64,000 nt of DNA from an uncultured Puniceicoccaceae bacterium (GCA_963933835.1 CAWVVV010000001.1:352001-416000), one strand, 5' to 3'. Positions 29,540 to 40,470 are shown, counted from the stretch's first letter. Translations and numbers: made by a program. The notes: generated from the sequence alone by a model not told the origin.

Positions 29540-29779
29540 TTCCCACTCGGTTCACACGGGTTGCGCGCTGATAAACCTGAACGATCGATGCCGCCGTCTA
29601 ATTCAACACCGGGGGCCCCCTAGCATTCTACTGGGCCACGCTCTAGAGTAATATCTTTCGCCCTCGAACGCACCGGCTCTCCCTCAATACAAAAACGATG
29701 GCGTAGTGCGCTATCGTTTCGTAATAATCCTCTCCGAACTCCTCTTTTTCGCCCTCTGTCACCCTGAGCGACTGGAATT

Positions 29780-30526
29780 ATGAAACGCCTGTCTATTACA
29801 CTGTCCCTTCTGGCTATAGCCGTTGGCCCGATTGCCGCCCAACCTATCGTCACCTCTTGGCAAGCCGAACACTCCGGCCGCTACGCTCGAATTTACGAGA
29901 CCACGGCAGCAGAGTCAGCAAGCCAATCCGTCACTACATGGTCACGGGGTGAGGGCATTCAAGACCAGCCGACCTACGCCGGTGTGAACGAAGTCTCCGT
30001 CAGCGCTACGCACGTCTACATTCGCACGAGTGGTCTCGGTTACCATGTCATGGGCCCTTGGTATGGAAACGAAGCCAAAACAAACCTCTTCGTTAATTAC
30101 CCAGCAAACCAAGCAGTCATCTACGCGCTTCCTCTCGACCCTGGCAGCATTCCATCGACCAAGAGCGGCACTGGACTCGGTGCCATCGGCTATTTCGTCG
30201 ACGGTATCGCGATGTTCGATTCCCGAGACGCCTTCTCATACTCGACCTCAAGTGCAACCGATGCCCGGCCCAATAACGGAGTTCAAGGCGACGGGTCTGG
30301 AATCGCGATGCATACGTCAACGAGAACGTCACCTTCGACCCCGCCAACGCGCACCAAGCGAGATCCAACCACCACTACCACGCTAACCCCCCCCCCCGCC
30401 TTGCGTCACCTCCTTGGCGATGCCGTTGCCTACGACTCTGCCACTAGTCGCTACACCGAACAAACTGGCGGAAATGGTATCCATTCATTTCCAGAGCCAA
30501 AGCCATCCGTGTCCATCCGTGGTTAA
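29780..30526 (+). pseudogene. Secreted YHYH-domain protein with two compensating frameshifts and a 3' truncation
   Basis: Signal peptide, GLGAIGYFVDGIAMFD; alternative frame from ~30293 reads WNRDAYVNENVTFDPANAHQARSNHHYHANP; frame restored at the C11 run 30387-30397; homology stops after GIHS (~30490). Confidence 0.8.
30505..30526 (+). repeat. Solo ATCCGTG decamer-repeat element end
   Basis: atccgtgtcc atccgtggttaa, near-identical to the GxxExxY cassette terminal repeat. Confidence 0.85.
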
Positions 30527-30600
30527 ATCTTACAGAGCAAAGAACCGCCCAAATCCGCTTCCTCCTGTTCAAATAAACAGAGCCAAAGCCAGAGCACCCG

Positions 30601-30656
30601 ATTCATCATTCACCATTCATCATTCAAAATTCATCATTAAAAATTCATCATTAAAA
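30601..30656 (+). repeat. Heptamer tandem repeat, 8 units of ATT(C/A)ANN
   Basis: attcatc attcacc attcatc attcaaa attcatc attaaaa attcatc attaaaa. Confidence 0.9.
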
Positions 30657-30744
30657 ACCTCCCCGCCTTCCAGCCTCGAGATCTAACCAACATTTGCTAA
30701 TTCCGCTTTTGCGCTTTCCGGAGAGATCGTCTTTACTCTCACCT

Positions 30745-31404
30745 ATGTCCAAGCAATCTGCGATCCATCCCACCTCCGGCTACACTCGCGCCGAGGAGAT
30801 CGCGAACACCGTCACTCACGGACTCGGGCTTATCCTCGGCGTGGCGGCTCTCGTCCTCACGGTCGTCTTCGCTAGTCTCAACCAGGATGCCTATCTGATC
30901 GTCGCATCGGCTATTTACGGAACGAGCCTCGTGCTCCTTTACACGGCCTCGACGCTCTATCACGCGGCGCGAAACCTCCGCTGGAAGAAGCGCTTCCTCA
31001 TTCTCGACCACGCCTGCATCTACCTCCTCATCGCGGGGACTTACACCCCCTTTGTCCTCGGCCCCCTGCGCGGACCCTCGGGCTGGAGCCTTTTCGGGGT
31101 GATTTGGAGCCTCGCTCTCTTCGGGATCATCCGTGAAGTCTTCATCGCCCGACGGGGAGGATTGATCTCATCCCTGATCTATCTCGCGATGGGTTGGGCG
31201 GTGGTGGCCTATATCATCCCGCTCTATGTCTCCATCCCTAGGCTAGCGTTTGTCATGCTCATCAGCGGCGGAGTCGTCTATTCGCTTGGCGTCGTTGTCT
31301 ATCTCATGAAACGCCTCCCTTACCACCACGCGATCTGGCACCTCTTTGTCGTCGGTGGATCGGTCTGCCAGTGCTTCGCGATCCTCTCGATCGTAATGGC
31401 CTAA
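30745..31404 (+). CDS. Hemolysin III / PAQR family membrane protein (TrhA-like)
   Basis: EEIANTVTHG, ASTLYH, LDHACIYLLIAGTYTP, YLAMGW, HAIWHLFV. Confidence 0.92.
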   Translation: MSKQSAIHPTSGYTRAEEIANTVTHGLGLILGVAALVLTVVFASLNQDAYLIVASAIYGTSLVLLYTASTLYHAARNLRWKKRFLILDHACIYLLIAGTYTPFVLGPLRGPSGWSLFGVIWSLALFGIIREVFIARRGGLISSLIYLAMGWAVVAYIIPLYVSIPRLAFVMLISGGVVYSLGVVVYLMKRLPYHHAIWHLFVVGGSVCQCFAILSIVMA

Positions 31405-31472
31405 GCACAAGTACCCCCTCGACCAAAGGCAGCGCGCGCCTGTCCCCAGAGCGCCGAAACCAAACACCGAGT

Positions 31473-31594
31473 ATCCGTGCCCATCCATGATTAAAATCGA
31501 GCACTCAGCATCAGTCCCTATTCAAAATTCATAAATCCCCCTCTCACTCGTCATCCTTCCCTCATTCATCACTCATCATTCAATATTCATCATT
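31473..31594 (+). repeat. Degenerate decamer element end plus heptamer tracts
   Basis: 31473-31494 atccgtgccc atccatgattaa; 31520-31536 attcaaa attcata aat; 31564-31594 attcatc actcatc attcaat attcatc att. Confidence 0.75.
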
Positions 31595-31698
31595 GCGCCC
31601 TACATAGCCCTCGAAATCATGGGCCAGTAACCTGTTTAAGAGGTCAAACCGGTTACTCCGGCTAGCGCATCCGTGCCTACGATCGGCCTAAAAATAAA

Positions 31699-32184
31699 AT
31701 GGAGACAACTCTCTTAACAGATGGCAGCGTGCATCCCCAAAGTGGTATCGGTTTTGGAGCCTACCTAACTTTTCAGGGAACGCTGGATACTTTAGATGCC
31801 TTAAGTGACCGAATAAAAGTCAGGCAGTTTGAAGACACCTCATCAACAAAACTGGAAATACAAACACTCCTGTGGGCATTGTCTGAAATCCCCGAAAGAG
31901 AGATCCTTTCCTATACTGATTCTCAAAATATCGTAGGGCTGTTATCGAGGAAGGATAGATTAACCAAAAACGGTTACGCTTCTAAGGGAGGCAGTCTGAT
32001 TAGAAACCATGAAATCTATCGGGAGTTCTTCGATACGATTGAGAAACTTGAGATTCAATTCCGACTGATCAGTGGGCACAAGCCATCCCAGAGTAAGGAT
32101 CAGATTGATAAGATCTTTTCCATGGTTGATCGGGCATCGCGAAGTGCCCTGAGAACCCACATGAAAGAAACATCCAACAATTGA
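31699..32184 (+). CDS. Ribonuclease HI-like protein
   Basis: Acidic catalytic set TDGS / KLEI / YTDS / SGH / VDR; AT-richer than its neighbours. Confidence 0.8.
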   Translation: METTLLTDGSVHPQSGIGFGAYLTFQGTLDTLDALSDRIKVRQFEDTSSTKLEIQTLLWALSEIPEREILSYTDSQNIVGLLSRKDRLTKNGYASKGGSLIRNHEIYREFFDTIEKLEIQFRLISGHKPSQSKDQIDKIFSMVDRASRSALRTHMKETSNN

Positions 32185-32472
32185 GTCTGGGATCTGCCAA
32201 GTCCGAGCCCCGGCAATGCTGCGTCAGGATGACAATCCAAGGCGTTAATAAGTAAGCAGGACTCAAGACTGGACGCCCACTTGGACCCATGACAGGGTCC
32301 TCAACCACGACCCCACAATCAGCTCAAAACTGAACTTTTGATAACCTTTAATTTGCAATACCTTCTCATGGAAGTCGCCACAGTCAATGTCGCCTAAGCT
32401 TGACCTTGATTGGAGAAAACATTTCTGAGCACTCGGATCTGGAAGGCATTTAAATTAGCACAGCGTACCACA

Positions 32473-34410
32473 ATGAATCCTGTTTTTGAATCAGCCATGC
32501 GGAATCTGTTCTCAGATCCGGAAACTTTTTTCGATGCTCAAGCCCTGTTCGACCCCGAAAAGGCAGATGCGCCATCCCTTACCGCGGCATTTCTGCTGAC
32601 ACTGGGGGGTGATCAATCGGCGATTACCTTTTTGCAAAGGATGGCAGCGACAGATGCCACTGCCTCGTTTTTTCTGAACGGCCTTGAGCGCATCAAAGAG
32701 GAAATTGAGCAGGCCAGCAAAGCTCCGAAGTTTGTGAAAACGCTGAAAAGCCTAGCGGACAATCCAGCGGACGAGACCTGCGTGCGGAATGTGTTTTTAC
32801 CCGAGGGCGCTGGACTGCCGGAGAACCGAGCTGAGCGCGTGTTGGCCTTGCGGGAAAAACGTAAAATCAGCATCACCGAACTCAACCCATCGCCTCTTAC
32901 CGACCCGGGGCGCGAGTTGTTGTTTACTTCGAATGTGCTGCTGACTATTCCGTCGGCGAACACGTCGCTGGACGAACTTGAATATCCCGAGGAGTTGAAG
33001 GGCCACATCCGGCAGGCCATGAACGAAGAGCAGCGCTATTGGTTCGATCACCCGATCCAGATTGGCGTGAAACCGAAAGCCAACGAAATCCTCTACGGAC
33101 TGCGCGGCCTCGACGAGACCGTCACGTTCGAGCGCGCCCGCGGCACCATGGGCGATGGTAAAATCGCATGCGTGCTCTCCGCATCCGTTACCCACAAGGG
33201 ACTGCACGCGGTGGCCAAGGATTACATTGAGTCTGAGATTCGCAACGCGGTCGGTTTCAAAAATATCGATGTGTATGTTTTCACGGAAGACGAAACAGAC
33301 CGACTGATTGAAGAGGTGCTGGTGCCTGCTGGTGGAAATGCCGAGGCACTAAGTGTGTTCGGAGTCGACGGGGAATATGGCCGCCACTACAGCTTCCTCA
33401 AAGCCATATCTGCTCTCTGGAACGCGAGCAAAGATCCCGGCGTGAAAGCCACATTCAAGATCGATCTGGACCAGGTATTCCCGCAGCGGGAACTGGTAGA
33501 GCAAACCGGCGCATCGGCTTTCGAGCACTTCAAGACCCCACTCTGGGGCGCCCGAGGCACCGACGCAGGCGGCAACCCAGTTGAACTAGGCATGATTGCC
33601 GGAGCCCTGGTAAACGAGAGGGATATTCACAAAGGTCTCTTCACCCCCGATGTCCCCTTCCCTGAAAACCCATCGAGCTTGGACGAAAAAATGTTCTTCA
33701 GCAAGATGCTGATGGCGCTCTCGACTGAAGGTGAACTACAAACGCGGTATGGCGAAAGCGGCATCGATGGAAAAACTGAGTGTATCCAACGCATCCATGT
33801 GACAGGTGGGACGAACGGCATTCGCGTCGACAGCCTGACCAAATATCGCCCATTTACGCCATCGTTCATCGGGCGTGCCGAGGACCAAGCGTATATTCTT
33901 TCTGTTTTGATGAAAGAGGGCGAGAAGCTGGGATATGTGCATGAGGATGGTTTGGTCATGCGCCACGACAAAGAAGCGTTTGCGGGTGATGCGATCAAGG
34001 CCGCATCTTTTGGCAACATCATCGGCGATTATATCCGCACACTTTATTTCTCCGAATATGCGCGCGTTTTGAACAAGGACGACATTGGGCCGATCAAGGA
34101 GATCGTCGACCCTTTCACCGGTTGCTTCACTACATCGATTCCGGTTACGGTGGTGATGTTACGCTTCTGTATGAAAGCCGCCAGTTTCTTCCTCGCGGGC
34201 GAGCATGAAGCGGGAACGAAATTCGTGCAAGGTAGCCATTCACGCCTCACTCACGCGATGGACTTTGCCCAGCACGGCCTGCGCGAGCAGTATCAGCATG
34301 AGCGCGAGGGCTGGAACCAGTTCTACAACCTACTCGAAGACGTCAAAAAGGACGAAAGTCTGCGTGCAAAAGCGATCGAGATCATCGACCGTTGCCGCGT
34401 CCGCGCCTAA
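32473..34410 (+). CDS. Large hypothetical protein, possible GT-A-fold sugar-active enzyme
   Basis: Long uninterrupted ORF; FKIDLDQVFP (DxD), VTGGTNG, GRAEDQAY, MRHDK motifs in GT-A-like order. Confidence 0.7.
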   Translation: MNPVFESAMRNLFSDPETFFDAQALFDPEKADAPSLTAAFLLTLGGDQSAITFLQRMAATDATASFFLNGLERIKEEIEQASKAPKFVKTLKSLADNPADETCVRNVFLPEGAGLPENRAERVLALREKRKISITELNPSPLTDPGRELLFTSNVLLTIPSANTSLDELEYPEELKGHIRQAMNEEQRYWFDHPIQIGVKPKANEILYGLRGLDETVTFERARGTMGDGKIACVLSASVTHKGLHAVAKDYIESEIRNAVGFKNIDVYVFTEDETDRLIEEVLVPAGGNAEALSVFGVDGEYGRHYSFLKAISALWNASKDPGVKATFKIDLDQVFPQRELVEQTGASAFEHFKTPLWGARGTDAGGNPVELGMIAGALVNERDIHKGLFTPDVPFPENPSSLDEKMFFSKMLMALSTEGELQTRYGESGIDGKTECIQRIHVTGGTNGIRVDSLTKYRPFTPSFIGRAEDQAYILSVLMKEGEKLGYVHEDGLVMRHDKEAFAGDAIKAASFGNIIGDYIRTLYFSEYARVLNKDDIGPIKEIVDPFTGCFTTSIPVTVVMLRFCMKAASFFLAGEHEAGTKFVQGSHSRLTHAMDFAQHGLREQYQHEREGWNQFYNLLEDVKKDESLRAKAIEIIDRCRVRA

Positions 34411-34623
34411 CTCAAATGCCCTCGTTTTTCACTGATCACTAACACACGTCAAAAGAGGTGTCGGCGGACATTTCTTCAAGGACGTCTCTGTGCAAACGAA
34501 TGCCTACGTGATACCTTGGCTTTGCTCTTGAGCAAACTGTGCCTTCGCTACTCAGCAGCGTGGTTGCGAAGCAAAAAGCTTGAGGAGGCATCAGGTATTT
34601 TGGGCTTGGAGGGTTGTCCCCTT

Positions 34624-34851
34624 TTTGCCTCCCCCAATTTCGGCATTCAGGAATTCCAGACGTTTACGGATGCAACGCGGGCGGTCTTCCCCGGATGCCC
34701 TGACCTACGCGACGGCTATCTGTATCCAAACGATAATACCGGACATGGCGTCGACATCGACGAAGAGGAAGCGAAGAAATACCCATGCAAGTCGACAATC
34801 GTCGAATGGTCGCAAGCACGCCGATCCGACGGCTCACTGAACGCGCCGTAA
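34624..34851 (+). pseudogene. C-terminal remnant of an enolase-superfamily sugar-acid dehydratase (mannonate dehydratase/RspA-like)
   Basis: PNFGIQE...VFPGCP...DGYLYPND..GHGVDIDEEEAKKYP...ARRSDGS; the N-terminal part is absent. Confidence 0.75.
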
Positions 34852-34969
34852 AGTATTGGGTAGGGCTGGTTAACCATCCTCGCTTCACTTCGATCTACAG
34901 GCTCATAGTCGAAGATCTTTATAGATATCCCGACATCTCACTAGAGATGCAGAAACCCTGCCAATGACT

Positions 34970-35524
34970 TTACGACTGATTCATCAAGACCAGCGGAAGG
35001 GCGATCAAAAGAATCGAGCCAAACATACTGATTAGACATGAGTAGAAGCTCAATCGGATGTAGCGGAATTTGGGTCGAAGGACATCGTTACTCAGATGGT
35101 AAATATCAGAGACCATTAACTCGGTGATCGTATTCCGACTCTCGAGCGATTCACGCATGAGCTCTTTGTAAGTCGTCTCATCATACTGCCAGATGCCTGA
35201 AAAATGTAGCAGGTTTCTTTCACCACTCGCATCAGCCTGGTAACGCTTGGGCATGAGACTGATAATCGCGAAGAGGATGCTCAAGGAAGCGGTTAAAATG
35301 AAAAAGATAATCCCGGCCTGGATATCCGGTTTATTGTAACCGGAAAGGGATAGCGGGATGAGCAATGCATTGATTGTAATGATCACCTGTGCTCTTCGAT
35401 CCGCGAGTGAGATGTATTGGACGTGCTTGGATTGAACACTGCTCAGGACAGAGCCTCTCAGGAGCGCCGGCCAGTTTTTCTCTGGTCCTGCATTTTCGGG
35501 CGAGTTGTTTTCGGATGTGCTCAT
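34970..35524 (-). CDS. Pycsar effector-like (DUF5706-like) membrane protein
   Basis: ISLADRRAQVIITINALLI, second TM ending SLMPK, NLLHFSGI, DIYHLS..LRPKFRYIRLSF, third TM. Confidence 0.75.
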   Translation of the reverse strand: MSTSENNSPENAGPEKNWPALLRGSVLSSVQSKHVQYISLADRRAQVIITINALLIPLSLSGYNKPDIQAGIIFFILTASLSILFAIISLMPKRYQADASGERNLLHFSGIWQYDETTYKELMRESLESRNTITELMVSDIYHLSNDVLRPKFRYIRLSFYSCLISMFGSILLIALPLVLMNQS

Positions 35525-35755
35525 TGAATCCTAAGTTATCTTATAGCAGTTTTGGTCGTTCAGTCAGGAATACTTTAGTGATAGGCTGCGCAATAATGGG
35601 TCGATGACGAGTGAAGATACTCCGTGAAAGTCTTGCGGAACTAAATATGCATAGGGACGAAGGACGGTAATACCTCGAAGTCACTTTTTCCCCGCGTTAG
35701 ATGATTGCCTCAGCAGAATTGTAACTCGCACCTGCGTAGTCGCATCGTTGAGACC

Positions 35756-36661
35756 ATGTCAGAATCACCGCCTGACGCTCCTCAGAGCCCATCCGAAACG
35801 CCAGAAGAAAAGATAAAGTCTTCTTCGGGGCTCGCTGGCTTTGGGGCGGAACTTCGCCGCCGTAAGGTAATACGGGTGGGCGGGACCTACGCGGTCGTGG
35901 CCTGGCTCGTGATTCAAATCGCCGCCAGTACCTTCCCCAGCCTGTTCATCCCCGACTGGGCGCTGAGATTTGTCATCATGTGCGTGCTGATCGGGTTCCC
36001 CATCGCGATCATTCTAGCCTGGGCGTTCGAGATGACGCCGGACGGGATCAAGGCGACCTCGAGTGCCCAGCGCTCGACCTCTCCTAGCGCCACACCCACC
36101 AAGAAAGATAACTGGAACTCCGTCATTCTCGCCGCTGCTGCGCCGACGCTCATTTTTGGAGCCCTCGCGGTCTTCTTCTACCTGCGCGCAGGAGAGGGTG
36201 AAGTCGAAGCGCCCCCTCCCCCCGTTGAGGAGGAAGCGATGTCGATCGCGGTCTTGCCGCTGATCAACATGAGCCCAAATCCGGAGAACGCCTACTTTGC
36301 CGGCGGCGTGCATGAAGATGTCCTGACGAATCTTTCGAGAATCCAAAACCTGATGGTCACCTCCCGCACGACGATGCTGCGTTACGCCGCGTCCGACCTG
36401 ACCCTGCCGGAGATCGGGGCAGCCTTGGGAGTGCAGTAGGTTGTCGAGGGATCCGTCTGCCGCACAGGCAATCACGTGCGGGTGACGATTCAGTTGATCG
36501 ATGCCCGCAACGACCTTCACGTGTGGGCGAACAACTTCGAGCGCGAGCTGGTCAACGAGTTCGCGACCCAATCCGAAATCGTGGCCGAGATCAGCCACTC
36601 GACCCACCTCCAGCTTCAGCCCGAAACGGCTCAGGCCGTTAAATGGATGCCGAGACTCTGA
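35756..36661 (+). pseudogene. Membrane-anchored TolB-like/TPR protein (adenylate-cyclase-associated domain type) with a nonsense codon and truncation
   Basis: ELRRRKVIRV..YAVVAWL, SIAVLPLINMS, GVHEDVLTNLSRI, VTSRT; TAG at 36437 replaces Tyr in GVQ*VVEGSV..GNHVRVTIQLID; no TPR region follows. Confidence 0.8.
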
Positions 36662-36871
36662 AAAACCTTCCTTCTACGCCCTAAAGTGTTTCCTCTAAGT
36701 GCCTTGTGAAAGATTCAGTGCATAGGCGGTAAAGATTACCGATATGAACTGAGTAGAGCTGGAAAATGATCCTTGGGGCATAGAAAAGCGACTCTACCCA
36801 ATCACATTGCGCCTACAAAAGCTCAGCATGCCTTCACTCAGTGCCCACATCGAACACATGGAGGACTCTTA

Positions 36872-37681
36872 ATGAGTTCTGGGTTTACCTATGTTGCGAC
36901 TGGAGATGCCTTTAAGCAGGAGGCTATCGTATCTTGTAGGTCGTTAAAGCAGCATATGCCTGACGCCCATGTGACGATTTTCACTCATAGCAAAGAAGGT
37001 TTAGTTACAGATCTATTCGACGACGTCCAGTTGATCAACGAGCCAAAATACTCCTTCTTTGATAAAATACATGCCTTCCTCAATAGCCCCTATGAAAGAA
37101 CAGTGTTCATCGATACAGACACCTTCGTCTGTAATCCGGTAGACGAGCTTTTTGAGGTTCTAGATCGCTTTGATATCGCTGCGGTACGCGATCACTGGAC
37201 GGGGACCAAGGATGAGGGTCCCATCTGTATCGACGATTTCAATACGGGCCTTATCGTCTATAAAAAATGCGCCTGCACTCAGGCCGTATTTGAGGACTGG
37301 AAAAATATCTACACCCAACAATTGGAATCGGACCTTCCAGTTGAACATGATCAGCCTTCATTTAGAAGCGCAGTTTATCGTAACACCGAGGTTAAACTCT
37401 ATGTCCTTCCGAAGTCTTATAACATCAGACTCACCGCCCCTATCTTTCTCGGAGTCAACTATCTCCCGAAGGTCTTACATGGTAGACCACCTAATTTTGA
37501 ACCGATTGCGGCCAAGCTATCATCATCAAATGACTTTCGCTTTTACCTCACCAATGGAACTTTAGTCGATCGAACTCAAATCAAAGTTTTGGATACAAGA
37601 TACGGCCTACCCTTCAACATCCTTACATCGATTGGGCGATACATCACAAAGTGCCTTCGATGGATTAGGAATATCGGATAA
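36872..37681 (+). CDS. GT-A nucleotide-diphospho-sugar transferase (GT8-like)
   Basis: SPYERTVFIDTDT (DxD), FNTGL, HDQPSFR, VLHGR. Confidence 0.75.
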   Translation: MSSGFTYVATGDAFKQEAIVSCRSLKQHMPDAHVTIFTHSKEGLVTDLFDDVQLINEPKYSFFDKIHAFLNSPYERTVFIDTDTFVCNPVDELFEVLDRFDIAAVRDHWTGTKDEGPICIDDFNTGLIVYKKCACTQAVFEDWKNIYTQQLESDLPVEHDQPSFRSAVYRNTEVKLYVLPKSYNIRLTAPIFLGVNYLPKVLHGRPPNFEPIAAKLSSSNDFRFYLTNGTLVDRTQIKVLDTRYGLPFNILTSIGRYITKCLRWIRNIG

Positions 37682-37708
37682 GGACTTTCGCAGACTCATT
37701 TAGGATCA

Positions 37709-38628
37709 ATGACCATACGCAGCAAGATTGACGCGATGATTCATCAGGCTCGCGTGCTCAAGCACAACGGGATAAAGCAGTATGGGCTGAGATGGGCCTA
37801 CTATAAATACATCTATGCTAAGAAGATTCTTAAAACCCCTCGCATTGTAAGTAATGGAGATGAGGCTTTTGAGCTACATGCTCTAGGATGTGAAAAAGAT
37901 TTCATGATGACTCTTTGGGCGCTGAAGTCTTTCTACTACTTTAGCGAATGCAGGCCAAGGTTGATCCTCTTTGATGATGGTTCCCTGAGCGAGAACTCAA
38001 AGACGACTTATTTAGAACATTTTCCCGACATTCGCATCGTCGCCCGAGATAGATTCCATAAAGACATGGACACCTTTTTGGGGGACTATGAGACAAGTCT
38101 AAATTTCTGTCATAGAAGATCTTTTTACTGCGCCCTGAAATTCTTCGGGCCCATGTGCTACGCCAGATCTAAATCGATTCTATATTTCGATTCAGACATT
38201 TTGTTTTTCAAAAAGCCCACCGAACTGCTCTCGCTCATCAAAAAAGAAGCCCATTCTATATGAGCGACTACGTCGAGGCCTACTCTCAGTCAACGAACTC
38301 ACTGAAAGAGATGATGCAGATCGACTTAGAGGAACGCGTAAATGCTGGGCTTTTCTTCACCCCTATAGACGCATTTAAAGACGAACTCGACGTCGTAGAG
38401 CACTACTTTAAAAACATCTCGGTAGTCTCGAACGTAAACAGGCACGAGCAGACGCTCGCGGCTCTCCTTCTCTCAAAGGCAAACGCCACTCGTCTAAGCA
38501 GTAACTATCAGATTTCTAAGACCCCAGTGACGGATAATACGGCGAGTCATCATTACGTGAATGATGGTTCGAGAGGGAATTTCTACGGTGAAGGACTCAG
38601 GCGATTAAGATCAGCGGGCATGATTTAG
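37709..38628 (+). pseudogene. GT-A glycosyltransferase split into two ORFs (37709-38263 and 38260-38628) by a -1 frameshift
   Basis: LFDDGSL, YFDSDILFF in ORF1; RVNAGL, HEQT, HHYV in ORF2; the frames join at the A6 run 38240-38245. Confidence 0.7.
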
Positions 38629-38919
38629 CAGCCGTTTCAACAAGGGACTACGGACAATTAATCGAGGCGAAAGCTCGACGAAGGATCAGGCCCTTTACTT
38701 TAAGGCGCTAAGGAAGAAATCGGTTTATCCACCTAACACCGCCCTCAACGGAGGGCGCGCATCACGATGACATCATTGTCGAGGCCTACGACTCCGTTTG
38801 CATCCCCACCATCTCCAAAGATGAGGCGCTTTTTCTCCTCGAGGGCATCCCAATTTACGACCGCCTGCTTTCCCTCGAATGGAACTCAGCGTGAGTCTTG
38901 CAAAAGCTGGATCCCTATT

Positions 38920-38937
38920 AAAGAAATTAATTTCTTT
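38920..38937. promoter_or_regulatory. Perfect 18-bp palindrome upstream of nirK, candidate operator
   Basis: AAAGAAATTAATTTCTTT is its own reverse complement and lies ~90 bp before the nirK start. Confidence 0.5.
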
Positions 38938-39024
38938 TCATTATTGAATAAGCAGACTGCAGTTACTTGTAGTTTTAGGTGCCAATCAAGTTCGGCTGCA
39001 TCCCTCTAAGCAAAACCTAGCACT

Positions 39025-40470
39025 ATGAAATCGAATCTCCTGATCCTTGCACTCATCGCGATGATACTGCCCCGTGTAGTCTACGCCCAGGGCACCCTTT
39101 CTGATCCGAGACGACCGGCCTCCGAGGCTGATGACCTGTATGTTCAGGGCGAAGAAATCGCCATCTTGACCGATGCCCCAAATGTCCCGCCACCGATCAC
39201 CCGCAAGCACCCGACCAGAGTGATCGTTGAGCTTGAGGTCACGGAGGTTGTCAAACGCATGGCCGATGGCGTCGACTACACTTTCTGGACCTTTGGTGGG
39301 AGCGTTCCCGGCAAATTCATCCGTGTTCGCCAGAACGATGAAGTGGACTTCACGCTCAAGAACCACCCGTCGAGCAAGATGCCACACAACATCGACCTGC
39401 ATGCCGTCACCGGACCCGGCGGAGGTGCCAAGGCGACCTTCACGGCACCTGGACACCAGACCAACTTCAGCTTCAAAGCCCTCAATCCGGGCCTCTACAT
39501 TTACCACTGTGCGACCGCTCCGGTCGGTATGCACATAGCGAACGGCATGTATGGTTTGATCCTGGTTGAACCGATCGAAGGCATGGCTCCCGTGGATAAG
39601 GAATTCTATGTTGTTCAGGGCGACTTCTACACCACCGGCAAGTACGGCGAGGCGGGTCTGCAGGGCTTTAGCATGGAAAAGGCTCTCGAAGAGAATCCCG
39701 ACTACGTTGTCTTCAACGGCTCGGTCGGTTCGATGACCGGAGATAAAGCCATTCAGGCCACTGAGGGCGAGACCGTCCGCCTCTACGTCGGTAACGGTGG
39801 GCCGAATTTAATCTCATCCTTCCACGTCATTGGTGAAATCTTTGACCGCGTCTATCCGGAAGCGGGCAGCTTTTACCAGGAGAACGTCCAGACCACTTTA
39901 GTCCCCGCTGGCGGAGCCACCATCGTCGAGTTCAAACTGGAAACGACGGGCGACTTTATCCTCGTCGATCACTCAATCTTTCGAGCCTTCAATAAGGGTG
40001 CCTTGGGTATTCTCAATGTCGATGGCGACCCCGATGTGATCGTCTTTTCCGGGCAAAGGAAAGATGAGTATCTACCTGAGAGCAGTGTGATTCAGTCCAT
40101 TCCCAGCGACACCAGAGCGGCCCCCGCCGCTTCCACAAAGGCTGAGCGCATTACCGCTGGTAAACTCGTCTATGACCAGAGCTGTGCCGCCTGCCACCTG
40201 CCGACTGGAACGGGAGTTCCCCTCGCCTTCCCACCACTGGCTCAGTCGGACTTCCTGAATGCAGACGTCGACCGTGCTATCAGCACCGTTCTCAACGGTC
40301 TTCAGGGTGAGATCGTCGTCAATGGTGCCAAATACAACAGCATCATGCCGACGCTGGGGCTGAATGATGATAAGGTCGCCAATGTTCTGACCTACATCTA
40401 CTCGATGTGGGGCAACTCAGGGGTCGAAGTCACTCCTGAAGAAGTGAAGAAAGTCCGCGAATCTAAGTAA
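39025..40470 (+). CDS. nirK: Copper-containing nitrite reductase with C-terminal cytochrome c domain
   Basis: [52 protein letters not shown]-terminal CAACH...MP heme c; signal peptide. Confidence 0.95.
   Translation: MKSNLLILALIAMILPRVVYAQGTLSDPRRPASEADDLYVQGEEIAILTDAPNVPPPITRKHPTRVIVELEVTEVVKRMADGVDYTFWTFGGSVPGKFIRVRQNDEVDFTLKNHPSSKMPHNIDLHAVTGPGGGAKATFTAPGHQTNFSFKALNPGLYIYHCATAPVGMHIANGMYGLILVEPIEGMAPVDKEFYVVQGDFYTTGKYGEAGLQGFSMEKALEENPDYVVFNGSVGSMTGDKAIQATEGETVRLYVGNGGPNLISSFHVIGEIFDRVYPEAGSFYQENVQTTLVPAGGATIVEFKLETTGDFILVDHSIFRAFNKGALGILNVDGDPDVIVFSGQRKDEYLPESSVIQSIPSDTRAAPAASTKAERITAGKLVYDQSCAACHLPTGTGVPLAFPPLAQSDFLNADVDRAISTVLNGLQGEIVVNGAKYNSIMPTLGLNDDKVANVLTYIYSMWGNSGVEVTPEEVKKVRESK

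Noticed and set aside
31699..32184. RNase H as part of a retron or RT defence system
   Set aside because: No reverse transcriptase or associated ncRNA in the window.
38238..38246. Programmed -1 frameshift at AAAAAAG in the split glycosyltransferase
   Set aside because: The codon phase is ATC AAA AAA GAA, not A AAA AAG, and no stimulator is obvious; a homopolymer indel is simpler.
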